Source of the DNA: Macrostomum lignano
Taxonomy: Eukaryota
Direction of reading: 5' to 3'
Assembly (NCBI GenBank): GCA_002269645.1
Contig: NIVC01001471.1
Span: 62,001-126,000, forward strand
DNA length: 64,000 nt
Under the pieces are notes generated by a model. The model was not told the origin of the DNA. It searched no databases and was given only the letters and a program-made list of their open reading frames with translations. Shown here one piece after another: positions 1-15,094 of the stretch; position 1 is the first letter of the stretch; the number at the start of each line of letters is the position of its first letter. Made by a program: the position numbers and the translations under genes.

Positions 1-1945
<1,945 letters not shown>

Positions 1946-2663
1946 TTAATTATTTATTATTGAATATTTTCAACTAGCTCGTTCGTATCACTTGTCGTCG
2001 GTCTAGCAAGACTGTAGCATGCAACGGCGAGAGACGTCACAGTTAATTAAATATTTGCGAATAACATTTCCGGAATAACATTAACTCTCTCCTTAGTCCT
2101 TTCTGTCCTCTCATTGGCTGAGCTAGATTGGGCTTGCCCCCTCGACTAAGTTTCGCCCTTCTTGCGTTCACTTGAGTACATCGAGTTAAATACTTGTTGT
2201 TCATTCTTAACCCCATATGCTCCTGAGGCAGCAAACCCCGAAGAAGGAAAGGAAATTTCAGCTGCCACACATTAAATTTAAGTGACACTGCAAAGACAAA
2301 CTAAATAAACAGTAGACGTTCTACTTTTTCAAAGCTGTAAAGTGGCATATTTAGTTATTCTAGTATCTGTGTTGTAACATTCAGAGGACGCAAAAAATCC
2401 TCCAAAAACGCAAAACAAAAAACCCGCATCTTAGGATACCAATATGCACACAGACACACATACTCGTGTATATATAGAACTAGATAAGCAGATTATAACA
2501 CAGACAGGGCTACCGCAACCAGTTAAACTCATTAGCTAATGAGAACAAAACGTAAATAGCACAACAGCAAAAGTCATAAATATGATGGGATTTAATCAAT
2601 CACAACTATTTAAGCAACACAATGGATTGATTAGACAGACGGACAGGCTATAACAGCAACAGT

Positions 2664-5600
2664 TCACTTCTTAGCGGAAGCAGATTTCCAAGCTTTGCCG
2701 AGCTCCACAATCCGAGGAAAAATGGCATCAATTTCTTCTGAAGCAGTTTCGTCTCGTTTAGCTCGTCGAACTACCAATTCCTGGGCAGATTGAAGCAGTT
2801 CGCCAGCGTTCGGATCGCGAAGCCGATTATTTGAGCGCAGATAGTTGATTAGCTGGGGCACTGCTCGGCCAGGGGCGTGCACAGGCAGGCCGGTACAGGC
2901 CTGGACCAGTAGGGAGACAGTCACCAGCAGGGTGAGCTCGGGTTCGGCAGAGTCGAGCGAGTCAACCAGGAGGGCGGCGGTTTCGGCGCAGAGCGTCTTC
3001 TCCGCTTTCTTGTCGGCCGGCTTTAGAAGGAGGCCGAGACGGTTGCACATGCCGTCCACGTGGGAGTGGATCTGCAGCGGCAGTGGCAGTGTGGGACAGA
3101 ATTGTAGGGGCAGAAAACGCAGAGGCAGATTCAATGGCTACTTATACAGCCGAGGCAGATTCAAGGGCTGCTGAGACAGTGGAGGGGCAGATTCAATGGG
3201 TACTGAGACAGTGGAGAGGAGTAGTATGTATAATTACGAGTATGGATCTGGGAGCACTATTTTAATAAGGGGGTTTAAGTAGTCTAGTGGGGGGGGTACT
3301 GGGGCAAAATCACTAACATCACAAAATTCGCATCTCACACCCCCGCTCGCACCATCACATACCATCTCCCATACCCACAACGACACACTCGATGCGAATT
3401 TTGTTTTAAATATTTTTTTCCTTTGGTTATTCCGAAGGTATGCAAGTGTAAACACTTCATTTATTATAGTTTAAAAACGATTATTGTGGCAACCGGCCGC
3501 GGGGAGTAGCTCGTAGGACTGTTATTTTGAGTTATTATCTGCTAGTTTCTGTTTTGTTAATTAGTGTGTTTTTGTGTATTGGTGTGTTTTTGTGTATTAG
3601 TGTGTTTTTGCTGTCTAGAGGGGGGTACTAAAGACTTCAATTGTGTTTCTTAATTGGATCTAATGTAGTACTATGTAGTAGTATGTATAGTTACGTGGAT
3701 GGAGATGTGGGTTCTATTTTAATAAGGTGGTTTAAGTGGTCTAGTGGGGGTACTAGGAGGCAAATTATACTCAGTCTAATGACTAACACAGGAATTCAGG
3801 GTTTTCTATTATACTCATCATATACCGAAGCGCCAACCTTAGACCCAAACTGGCTACAGCAGGAAAGTGAGTTGCTTACTCATGAAAAGCTTTTATTATT
3901 TTCAGCACTCCACCTCAAGCTCTAATTGAGAGTATAAGAACGACGAAATCTAAAAAAACTAAAAATTTAGGCACAACTCCATATATCTGTCTTTTATAAG
4001 AACTAAGAAACTTATTTATCATGGCTGTATCAAAAGAAGCAAAGATTTCATCTATTGTCGAGATGGCTACTAATTTGTCAAAGAAGAATACGTCGCTAAT
4101 TAGTTGTTGTCTTAAAGATTTCTCGGAGAAGGAATTGGAGACCTTTTAAATTAGTTTAGAAAAGTTGGATGGAGTGAGTGAAAAAAAGGTGTAAGTAAGT
4201 TTATATTTCTTAAAAGCTTCGCTTTTATATTGTAGGTTTCAACGAAAATCCTGACGTGGAAGACACAGAATATGCTACTGAGAGCGACACCGAAGTCCGA
4301 GAGGTGCTCGAGAGTGGAAAATGGGTGAAGAAGTAAACAATTTGCATTCTATTTTCCACTTCTACTAAACTGACTATCTTTTTAGTGTATACATGATTTT
4401 TTCTAAACGTTGAGAAAAATTTATGTGTGTTCCAAAGTCTTTTTAGTGTATACATGATTTTCTCTAAACGTTGAGAAAAATGCATGTGCTGTTTTACACA
4501 CAATGCGCCGAGGACAGAGAAAAATGGCCACTCATTAAATAAAAAGCTTCTATAGTGCTCCAGCGGGGCAGGCCATTTGCGCCATCGGGCATAGCCCGCG
4601 AACCATAGGTTCATTCTTTGGATAGAGATTCTCTTGTGTTCGCGACTTATTTATTCTCTATACAAGAAGATTAAGAAAATGAGCTATAAAATAAAACCAC
4701 TCGAGATGCTTGAGTACTAGCTTTGTCTTTTGTGTCTGCGCCTTCATTTCATTTTTTTCTGTAACTAAAAATAGACGGGTAAGCCTAGCTTCCCACCCCC
4801 GTTTAACAACAACAACTAAAAATAGACAAAAATGACGCACATTACACACGCATACAATCTGAATAAATTGCAAATAGGAGACTCAGTAGAATACCGGGCC
4901 GGTTGAAGGCCTTTTTGACATAATAGGCAATAAATTTGTTAATTTAAAAATTATTCATATTGATATTGCCGCTACGAGTGCCAATCTCTGTATCAACATA
5001 ATTCTTATCGACTACTCTGAGTTGTTGGTATCAAAATCATTTATAATTCTATTGCTATTCATATCCACGGTTCTAGTTGCAGTATTTTGAACATAACGCG
5101 AATCAGAATCAGTTCGACAATAAGAATCCGTTATATCTCTTTTTAAATTAACAGCAGAATCAACTTCAGCTTTGCTATAAGAATCAGTGGTATTTCGTTT
5201 TAAATTTAATGAATTATTGATTTCAGTTTTGCTATAAGAATCGGCAGTATTCGTTTTAAATTTAAAGAATTATAAAATTTCGGTTTTGGTATAAGAATCT
5301 GTTTCTTTCTAAATCAAATTTGGTATTTAATTCAGATTTTTTATATCCTTTATCTTCATTAATATATCTTGCATCTGCAAATGATACATTTATACCACTT
5401 GATTCACCTTCACTAGCTCGTGCGGTTCCGCTCTATGAGGGTGTTCCAGAAAATACCATTTTAGAGTATATTTTTACTATTTTAAAGTGTATCTAAAATA
5501 TTTTGAAATCCACGGGTGTTTCACTCGGGTGTTTCATTTGATTTGTTAATTCGATATAGAGAATATAACGCAGCTTGTCCACAATATTTTTTGTCAAAAG

Positions 5601-8600
5601 TTTGAAATTGTTCGTGATAATCTCCACATAATCGATTTTTGGTATGATTAAATTTATCTTTTATTTCTTGCAATGAGGGTAAAGCATAGGAATAAAAAAG
5701 TAAACAAGTTTTGGTTTTGTATTAACAGCAGACGTTATTAACATTGAAAGATCCATATTGTGGTAAATTTTTTATTTCATCTCGCATAACACATCTGAAT
5801 GGTTTTATTTTTAATTCGCGTGCCCACCCCATATCTTTGTTTGAAACTATCCTAATTCATTATATGTTACTGAAAAACTATTTGTCTAAGTAAGTTTGGT
5901 AGTTCGGGGTTTTAACAATTCTTTGCGAGTTTTTTCTGCTTGAAGTTGCTTTAATTTAGTTAATTCGCTTTCGTAATTGTTTTTTGCTTTTTGTACTTTG
6001 GAGACATGGAGAAATGAGACAGCGGAGAGGCAGATTCAAGGGCTACTGAGACAGTGGAGAGGCAGATTCAAGGGCTACTGAGATAGTAGAGAGGCAGATT
6101 CAAGGGCTGCTGAGACAGTGGAGAGGCAGATTCAAGGGCTACTGAGATAGTAGAGAGGCAGATTCAAGGGCTGCTGAGATAGTAGAGAGGCAGATTCAAG
6201 GGCTACTGAGATAGTAGAGAGGCAGATTCAAGGGCTGCTGAGACAGTGGAGAGGCAGATTCAAGGGCTACTGAGATAGTGGAGAGGCAGATTCAAGGGCT
6301 GCTGAGACAGTGGAGAGGCAGATTCAAGGGCTGCTGAGACAGTGGAGAGGCAGATTCAAGGGCTGCTGAGACAGTGGAGAGGCAGATTCAAGGGCTACTG
6401 AGATAGTAGAGAGGCAGATTCAAGGGCTGCTGAGACAGTGGAGAGGCAGATTCAAGGGCTGCTGAGACAGTGGAGAGGCAGATTCAATGGCTACTGAGAC
6501 AGTGGAGAGGCAGATTCAAGGGCTACTGAGATAGTAGAGAGGCAGATTCAAGGGCTGCTGAGACAGTGGAGAGGCACATTCAAGGACTGCTGAGACAGTG
6601 GAGAGGCAGATTCAATGTCTACTGAGACAGTGGAGAGGCAGATTCAATGGCTACTGAGACAGTGGAGAGGCAGATTCAATGGCTACTGAGATAGTGGAGA
6701 GGCAGATTCAATGGCTACTGAGACAGTGGAGAGGCAGATTCAATGGCTACTGAGATAGTGGAGATGCAGATTCAATGGCTACTGAGATAGTGGAGAGGCA
6801 GATTCAATGGCTACTGAGATAGTGGAGATGCAGATTCAATGGCTACTGAGATAGTGGAGAGGCAGATTCAATGTCTACTGAGACAGTGGAGAGGCAGATT
6901 CAATGGCTACTGAGATAGTGGAGAGGCAGATTCAAAGAGAGCCAAAGCGGCAGGCTGCATACCTTCTCCATGGAGTCTCCATTGAGCGCCAGGTTGATGA
7001 GCGTGAGCCAGTCCCTGTCCTCGCCAGCGGGCAGCTGCTCCACCAGTTTCTGCCGCTGGTCGCCAGTCAGGCCGGCAGAGGCAGTAGCTGACGCGGCAGC
7101 GGCAGCCTGTTTGGCGCAGTCGTCGAGGCCGCAGCTCAGAGCGGCGTACTCCAGCAAAGTGCACATGAGAGCGGCACCCAGCGACTTAGCCAAATGCTTA
7201 TTAAGCGTAGCCTGCAGATCCGCATCGCCCAGAGCAGCCGCTCCGCGCTCAAACAGTCGCATCTGTTTGACCAGGGCGGCGGCGCGGGCCTGACAGGCGC
7301 CGCTAGCCTGCCGTTTATTAGCCGAATCGGCAGTTAAAACGCTGCCTAATCGACTCTGCAGATTAGAATTCAAAGTCGGCGACAGCAATTCGTAGACAGA
7401 TTCGATCAGCTCATCGCTAACGGAAGACTCGCCGAAGCCGGCCGCTTCTTCCTGCTTCTCTAGGGCTTGTCGAAGCTGGTTGGACACGTCCGAGAGGCTG
7501 ACCGTGACCGAGTCCCGGTCCCTGCCGCTGTCAGTGCCCGCTTCAGACGCTGCCGCCTTGCCGCCGGCTTTGTTGGCAGCCCGGCCAGCGGCGTATTTAT
7601 TTTTAGTGTTCTTCACTTTGATTTCCCGGCCCTGCGTACCGCCGCCCGATTTGATCTTGCCGATCGCTTGGCCGCCGCCTCCGTCATCGTCGGCATCTGT
7701 AGGGTCTAGCTGATGCTGGCGCCGCTGATGCTGCTGCTGCAGCAGGCTGGGATCTGATTTTACTAAAGCTTCGGCTCGCTCGTTTAGAAACTGATCGAAC
7801 GATTGGCACAGATCGGCCAGCCACTTCCTGCTGATGACGTAATGCCCGGCCACCTGAACCAGGTCTGGCCGGGATCCTAGACGGGATAATTGGGGATATT
7901 ATTTATGATTATTCCAGTCTACCTTCACCTGATAACTGATCTATTCCAGAGTCTACCTACCTACACCAGATAACTGATCTATTCCAGAGTCTACCTACCT
8001 ACACCAGATAACTGATCTATTCCAGAGTCTACCTACCTACACCAGATAACTGATCTATTCCAGAGTCTACCTACACCAGATAACTGATCTATTCCAGAGT
8101 CTACCTACACCAGATAACTGATCTATTCCAGAGTCTACTTACACCAGATAACTGATCTATTCCAGAGTCTACCTACACTTGTGTACCCTGATGAAAACGG
8201 TACCTAGACCAAGAGACGTCCAAGAGTCCCTTTAAGTCCCCTTAGAGTCGTTTCAGAGTCATTGCAGGTTACACAGGTAAAATAAGAAAGAAGTGACTCG
8301 AGAGGACTCTAAAACAACGAGATGTCCCGGTACAACTCGCCAAAAAGTCGTCAAAGAGTCAATTTGAGGCGTTTAATTGCCTGCGACCTGAGGCGCTTTT
8401 ATATTGACTTTGGGGCTGTAGAGTCGTATCTGAGGGGCGCTAGAGTCGCTGTAGAATCACTGAGTTACGTCGAAAGCGCATCTGCGTCACTTCATGAATT
8501 AGAATCGCATTTCGCATTTATAACAACTCCATTTAGTCTACTTGAGTGAGTAGAAAGTTAAGCGCTAACACAACGACTCTTGGACGACTTTCGTAACTCC

Positions 8601-11202
8601 TACGATCCTGCAAAGAAAGTCAGAAGAGTCGCCCTTACCCAGCATAGGACTCAGCAGAGCGTCAACATCCGCATCAGTCAGTGGCACTGTAATCGCTTGG
8701 CCAACGTCCAGCCAACGAACGCCGTCTAGAGCGGCCTCTAATCCGGCTGACACATCCGGGCTGACAACGCAGGTCTTGAGCACAATGGGCTCCTGGCCGC
8801 TGTCAGCTAGCAGGCGGCGTAGGTAAGCCTTGGGCTCGGATACTAAACCGCAGCGGCGAACGGCTTCCAGCTCCATGTACTGATTCTGCGCGTAGAATCG
8901 GCGCGCCCAGTCGTCGTGAGCGGCGCTAAACGCGGACGGAACGTACGTGGACTTGCCGCCCTGCGAGTGTATGTGGGGAGGAATAGGAATTGCTGCGCGC
9001 TTGTATGCCTGCTCAGGGGAGTCGGCGGAATGGGCAGTAATGCCTCTTGCCGGTTGTGTGCCTATGTCGCTTAAAGTGCGCCAGGGTGCACACAACCCCC
9101 CTGCCTCTAATAAAAATAGGAATTGCTGGCTGAGCTTTCAACCATCAAAAATTAGATACCAATCCTAAGACATAAGCGCCATTTTGGGTGTCAGAGGCGC
9201 CACATTGGGTGTCAGAGGCGCCATATTGGGTGTCAGAGGCGCCATATTGGGTGTCAGAGGTGGCGCTTCGGGACTGGGGCAATCAGATGCGCAGATTTGA
9301 GCGGTAAGGTCGTAAAATAACTAAATCAGTAGTTTTACTACTTACTAAAGTAGCGTATCTTACAATTGAGTAGCAGGCATCCTAGCCGTAGGGATCAGCT
9401 CATAATTTCGTATTTTATGAATCCAAAGGTAGAGACAGTATCCAGAATAAGAATTTTAATTGGCTGCATTCATGCGCATCAATAAATTAGGATGCAGTTA
9501 ATTATCGGCTTCGTTTGATCTAAAAAAACACGCAAAAATACGTGCATATATAACGGTATGCATCAGAGACAATAATAACTAGATGGGTCATGGGCACTTG
9601 GCTTGGTAAAACTGTCTCGCTCGCTACTTTCAGTTCAGTAGCAAGGAAGAATGTGTAAGGTATTTTATAAAAATATGTACATTAGCCAGCGCCACTGGAA
9701 ATGTACATGACAGGCAGCTATAGGGATTAGGCTGAAACACTGAGGAAGGCAATAAATGAGTCTTGTATTAAAATACATTAACATGCCTCTATTATTTCTA
9801 CTGAACTGACAGTAGTTTACACGCAACTAATTTAGTATCCAATATTTAATATCTGCTGTGCCGAAGCCCGCTCCGCGATATCACTAATTGGACGCCATAG
9901 CATGATCGACGAGAAAGATTTTGTTATACAATATAAAAAACACAAAAACGCTTACTTAGAAAGAAACAAGATCTGTGCGTTTTAATCCTCAGCACTGAGT
10001 ACGAACATGAATGCTTTAAAGCATCTAGACCTTTTATCTAAAGACCGATACAACCTGAGCATACTCAACAAAAGCCCTTGAGCAAGCACGCTGAAGAAAA
10101 GTCAAGCAATTGTTATCTATCGAGCTCTTTGGCCTGTATTTAACTAATTTACCTGGAGCCCCCATAAATTCCATTGTAGCTTTTACGATTAAATCCTCAA
10201 AAATTCCTCTAGCCTTCACAGTCCTGAGAAATCTAGCCTTCCCAGTCCTGAGCAATTCCTCTCTAGCCTTCACAGTCCTGAGAAATTCCCCTCTAGCCTT
10301 CCCAGTCCTGAGCAATTTCCCTCTAACCTTCACAGTCCTGAGCAATCCTCCTCTAATCTTTACAGTCATGAGTGATTCCAAAGACCCCCAGCGTTCGTTT
10401 TACAGTCACAAGCTATTCAGTCTGAAAATTCATAATCCAGTACAATTTCCCGTTAAACCTGAAACCATAGTCTGAGTTTCATCTTTGATCAAAAAAGCAA
10501 TCGAACCTGAAATGCTCCTCGCAATTCTCCAGCCGAGTGCAACTCGTCCAGAACAGTTCTTAACAGTTTCTCTGGCATTCGCAGCTGACTGGCAGCCTGT
10601 TGAACAGTCAACGGCCTGATTGCCGCATTGAAACAGCCGCGCATTCTGGCCCGGTGCCGACGCAAATAGCGATCGGTGAACAGCGCGTCATCCTCCTGGC
10701 TGCCCTGAATCACCGTGCCAGTGTACTGTCGCACAATCGACGTTAAAGTCTGCGTTGGCAAGCCGTGCAATTTAGTTAATTCGCCCAGCGTTACGTGACC
10801 ACGTTCGTAGAGAGCCTCATTAATTTCGTGAGCAACCCGACGAAAATAGACTTCGTGCATTAGCTCGCCATTAACTAGGTGCAACTCTGGGTCGGATTTG
10901 ACCAGTTCGCGAACTCTCTGCTCCACAGTGCCCAGGTCGATGTTCAAAGCCTCCTGCAAGGCGACAACATTGACTCGATGCTGGTGCAGCTCCAGCTCTT
11001 CGCGAATCTCTTTAGCCAACTCGGCTTCCGTTAGGAAAGCTTTACCGTCGCAGGTGTACACTAGTTTAATAAGGCCCATTTGGCTTAGTCGCTGCACAAT
11101 TTCTATACAGTTTCGTTCTGTCAGACGCTGTTTAGCGCTAGCCAGTTGAACTCGTTGCAGGTCGGCGGCGAGGCCGCGAATTTCGTCCCAGGTGGCTGAC
11201 AT
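2664..11202 (-). CDS. UFL1: E3 UFM1-protein ligase 1, about 779 aa. Exons 11202-10507, 8960-8639, 7876-6963, 3071-2664.
   Basis: N-terminus MSATWDEIRGLAADLQRVQLASAKQRLTERNCIEIV matches the UFL1 family start (WEEIRRLAADFQRAQ...QRLSERNCIEIV). The middle has GGTQGREIKVK and the C-terminus has PVHAPGRAVPQLINYL. All three introns are GT-AG with compatible phases 0, 1, 0, and the exons sum to 2340 nt, a multiple of 3. Confidence 0.95.
3118..3219. repeat. Left remnant (about 3 units) of the 32-bp minisatellite GAGACAGTGGAGAGGCAGATTCAAGGGCTACT in UFL1 intron 3
   Basis: Same unit as the 6015-6935 array. It ends abruptly at 3219, where unrelated AT-rich DNA starts. Confidence 0.9.
3220..6010. mobile_element. 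Decayed, truncated Polinton/Maverick-like (virus-like DNA element) fragment interrupting the 32-bp array
   Basis: Starts exactly with AGTAGT at the array breakpoint, a typical Polinton terminus. A second related terminus copy starts at 3677. The DNA is AT-rich and holds a broken ORF with phage-tail-fibre-like repeats. No right TIR, integrase or polB was seen. Confidence 0.55.
4900..5459 (-). pseudogene. Frameshifted ORF with 19-aa repeats (DSYSK[TA]E[IV]xxxLNLKRxxT) followed by DMNSNRIIN and VDKNYVD; tail-fibre/Polinton accessory-protein-like
   Basis: Manual translation of 5320-4940 gives ETDSYTKTEI..TADSYSKTEINNSLNLKRNTTDSYSKAEVDSAVNLKRDITDSYCRTDSDSRYVQNTATRTVDMNSNRIIN, then after a frameshift VVDKNYVDTEIGTRSGNINMNN. 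It has in-frame stops and frameshifts. Confidence 0.6.
6015..6935. repeat. 32-bp minisatellite, about 28 copies, in UFL1 intron 3
   Basis: Tandem GAGACAGTGGAGAGGCAGATTCAAGGGCT[AG]CT units. Confidence 0.97.
7930..8180. repeat. 36-40 bp minisatellite (GATAACTGATCTATTCCAGAGTCTACCTACACCA) in UFL1 intron 2
   Basis: About 7 tandem units visible. Confidence 0.93.
9178..9262. repeat. 21-bp tandem repeat (TTGGGTGTCAGAGGCGCCA[CT]A), 4 copies
   Basis: Directly visible in UFL1 intron 1. Confidence 0.9.
10205..10365. repeat. About 36-bp tandem repeat (CTCTAGCCTTC[AC]CAGTCCTGAG...) in UFL1 intron 1
   Basis: 4-5 units. They explain the shadow ORFs 10034-10381 and 10110-10475. Confidence 0.88.
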
Positions 11203-11740
11203 GTCTGTTTTTTAGCTGCAATCGATGTTTTTTTTATTTTAGATGAGGCAGTGTCAGAAAGAATTACTTGACAATTAGACAAAAAACTTCTTAGAAGCAG
11301 GGCCTGGTTTTTGTAGTCAAAATATAAATTTACTACGTTTTCAATCAAAGTTTTTCGTGTCTATTGAAAAGATTGCTTAAATTTTGTTGATCCTTTCTTA
11401 GGTATCAGAAATGTCCCAGGCGCTTGAGTCAATAAGCGAAAACTAGGCATGTATAACACAGTTTGGTTTTTATCTTGACTAACTGACGCAAAATTCAATT
11501 ACAATTTATTCTGCAGCACTTAGCACTTAGACGGTAGACACTGCCACACAACAGGTTCCCCTTTGTGTAGGCCTAACTGACGGAGCAACGCTTGATTAAA
11601 AAGAACTTTTAAAACTTTAAAACGTACTGAACAGCAATAATTGCACCCTATTATAGAGCTCTCGCCCAGTCGTGACTTTGATGAAAATAAAAAAATTCTG
11701 TTTGACTGGCTTAATTACGGGTAGTAACTAAAAAACCAAG

Positions 11741-14505
11741 AAATGGAATGAGAAACTTACATCCATGCTGATATAAGTGATGATCAGGAGATGGAATGAG
11801 AAACTTACATTCATGCTGATATAAGTGATGATCAGGAGATGGAATGAGAAACTTACATCCATGCTGATATAAGTGATGATCAGGAGATGGAATGAGAAAC
11901 TTACATTCATGCTGATATAAGTGATGATCAGGAGATGGAATGAGAAACTTACATTCATGCTGATATAAGTGATGATCAGGAGATGGAATGAGAAACTTAC
12001 ATTCATGCTGATATAAGTGATGATCAGGAGATGGAATGAGAAACTTACATTCATGCTGATATAAGTGATGATCAGGAGATGGAATGAGAAACTTACATTC
12101 ATGCTGATATAAGTGATGATCAGGAGATGGAATGAGAAACTTACATTCATGCTGATATAAGTGATGATCAGGAGATGGAATGAGAAACTTACATTCATGC
12201 TGATATAAGTGATGATCAGGAGATGGAATGAGAAACTTACATTCATGCTGATATAAGTGATGATTAGAGATGGAATGAGAAACTTACATCCATGCTGATA
12301 TAAGTGATGATTAGAGATGGAATGAGAAACTTACATCCATGCTGATATAAGTGATGATTAGAGATGGAATGAGAAACTTACATCCATGCTGATATAAGTG
12401 ATGATTAGAGATGGAATGAGAAACTTACATCCATGCTGATATAAGTGATGATTAGAGATGGAATGAGAAACTTACATCCATGCTGATATAAGTGATGATC
12501 AGGAGATGGAATGAGAAACTTACATCCATGCTGATATAAGTGATGAACAGGAGATGGAATGAGAAACTTACATCCATGCTGATATAAGTGATGATCAGGA
12601 GATGGAATGAGAAACTTACATCCATGCTGATATAAGTGATGATCAGGAGATGGAATGAGAAACTTACATCCATGCTGATATAAGTGATGAACAGGAGATG
12701 GAATGAGAAACTTACATCCATGCTGATATAAGTGATGATCAGGAGATGGAATGAGAAACTTACATCCATGCTGATATAAGTGATGATCAGGAGATGGAAT
12801 GAGAAACTTACATCCATGCTGATATAAGTGATGATCAGGAGATGGAATGAGAAACTTACATCCATGCTGATATAAGTGATGATCAGGAGATGGAATGAGA
12901 AACTTACATCCATGCTGATATAAGTGATGATCAGGAGATGGAATGAGAAACTTACATTCATGCTGATATAAGTGATGATCAGGAGATGGAATGAGAAACT
13001 TACATCCATGCTGATATAAGTGATGATCAGGAGATGGAATGAGAAACTTACATCCATGCTGATATAAGTGATGATTAGAGATGGAATGAGAAACTTACAT
13101 CCATGCTGATATAAGTGATGATTAGAGATGGAATGAGAAACTTACATCCATGCTGATATAAGTGATGATTAGAGATGGAATGAGAAACTTACATCCATGC
13201 TGATATAAGTGATGATCAGGAGATGGAATGAGAAACTTACATCCATGCTGATATAAGTGATGATCAGGAGATGGAATGAGAAACTTACATCCATGCTGAT
13301 ATAAGTGATGATTAGAGATGGAATGAGAAACTTACATCCATGCTGATATAAGTGATGATCAGGAGATGGAATGAGAAACTTACATCCATGCTGATATAAG
13401 TGATGATTAGAGATGGAATGAGAAACTTACATCCATGCTGATATAAGTGATGATTAGAGATGGAATGAGGAACTTACATCCATGCTGATATAAGTGATGA
13501 TTAGAGGTGGAATGAGAAACTTACATCCATGCTGATATAAGTGATGATTAGAGATGGAATGAGAAACTTACATCCATGCTGATATAAGTGATGATTAGAG
13601 ATGGAATGAGAAACTTACATCCATGCTGATATAAGTGATGATTAGAGATGGAATGAGAAACTTACATCCATGCTGATATAAGTGATGATCAGGAGATGGG
13701 ATGAGAAACTTACATCCATGCTGATATAAGTGATGATTAGAGATGGAATGAGAAACTTACATCCATGCTGATATAAGTGATGATTAGAGATGGAATGAGA
13801 AACTTACATCCATGCTGATATAAGTGATGATCAGGAGATGGATGAGAAACTTACATCCATGCTGATATAAGTGATGATTAGAGATGGAATGAGAAACTTA
13901 CATCCATGCTGATATAAGTGATGATTAGAGATGGAATGAGAAACTTACATCCATGCTGATATAAGTGATGATCAGGAGATGGGATGAGAAACTTACATCC
14001 ATGCTGATATAAGTGATGATCAGGAGATGGGATGAGAAACTTACATCCATGCTGATATAAGTGATGATCAGGAGATGGGATGAGAAACTTACATCCATGC
14101 TGATATAAGTGATGATTAGAGATGGAATGAGAAACTTACATCCATGCTGATATAAGTGATGATCAGGAGATGGAATGAGAAACTTACATCCATGCTGATA
14201 TAAGTGATGATCAGGAGATGGGATGAGAAACTTACATCCATGCTGATATAAGTGATGATCAGGAGATGGGATGAGAAACTTACATCCATGCTGATATAAG
14301 TGATGATTAGAGATGGAATGAGAAACTTACATCCATGCTGATATAAGTGATGATCAGGAGATGGAATGAGAAACTTACATCCATGCTGATATAAGTGATG
14401 ATTAGAGATGGAATGAGAAACTTACATCCATGCTGATATAAGTGATGATCAGGATGGAATGAGAAACTTACATCCATGCTGATATACTCGTAAGTGATGA
14501 ACAGG
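11741..14505. repeat. 47/48-bp satellite (AGATGGAATGAGAAACTTACATCCATGCTGATATAAGTGATGATCAGG), about 57 copies
   Basis: Highly homogeneous array. The 48-bp (GATCAGG) and 47-bp (GATTAG) variants occur in blocks. Confidence 0.98.
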
Positions 14506-15016
14506 AGAAAGTTTCGTGCACATCCCCGATCCCACAATATGGCCGGAGTACATAAGGCTTAATTTACAACAAAAAATACTACGCTCGTAAAAAAACCTGT
14601 CCCGGTGCGTGACAAAACTAGAGAGGAAGATTGAGACAAACCCCAATCAAACTTAAAGCTCTAACTGCCAACAAACCTGTGCTAATCATCTACCGAGTTC
14701 CTGCTAAATTACTTTCTCAAAAAAATGAAACGAACAGAATCGATAAATAATTCCAAAGACAAAAAATCAACAGCGACACTAGGAAGGGCCGGGTTATACC
14801 AGTGCGCTATTCCGACATTATCGGCGCTCTCAGATATATTTGCTTAGAAATTCTCTAAACAGCATATAAACTGTAACGAAGCGCGTCATTGCGCTCAAGC
14901 ATTGGCGTCGAAAATAGCGATACCTGGCAGAAAAAAGAGTGCCTGGTTGGCTTATCTAGACCATGAACTCGTGCAGAACGCAGTGTCCATCAGCGTCTGG
15001 TGCCAGAGTGTTCTCT

Positions 15017-15094
15017 TTACTTGCTTCTTTCCCTCATCTTCCTGCGCTTGCGTTTTAGCCGCCTCATACGCTTCTTGCGCCACTTGGCTCGCAT
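15017..15094 (-). CDS. RPL41: Ribosomal protein eL41 (RPL41), copy a, 25 aa MRAKWRKKRMRRLKRKRRKMRERSK
   Basis: Hand translation from ATG at 15094 to TAA at 15017 gives the canonical eL41 sequence pattern. A strong acceptor TTTTTTGCAG lies 6 nt upstream of the ATG. The ORF is too short for the ORF track. Confidence 0.96.
   Translation of the reverse strand: MRAKWRKKRMRRLKRKRRKMRERSK

Noticed and set aside
8180-8205. GTACC-CTGATGA-AAAC-GGTAC resembling a hammerhead ribozyme core
   Set aside because: It lacks stem II and the GAAA/NUH arrangement required. It is treated as a chance palindrome.
11728-14505. CRISPR-like appearance of regular 47/48-bp units, and the ITYISMDVSFSFHLL ORFs
   Set aside because: There are no unique spacers or cas genes and the context is eukaryotic. 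It is a plain satellite, and the 48-bp unit keeps the frame open.
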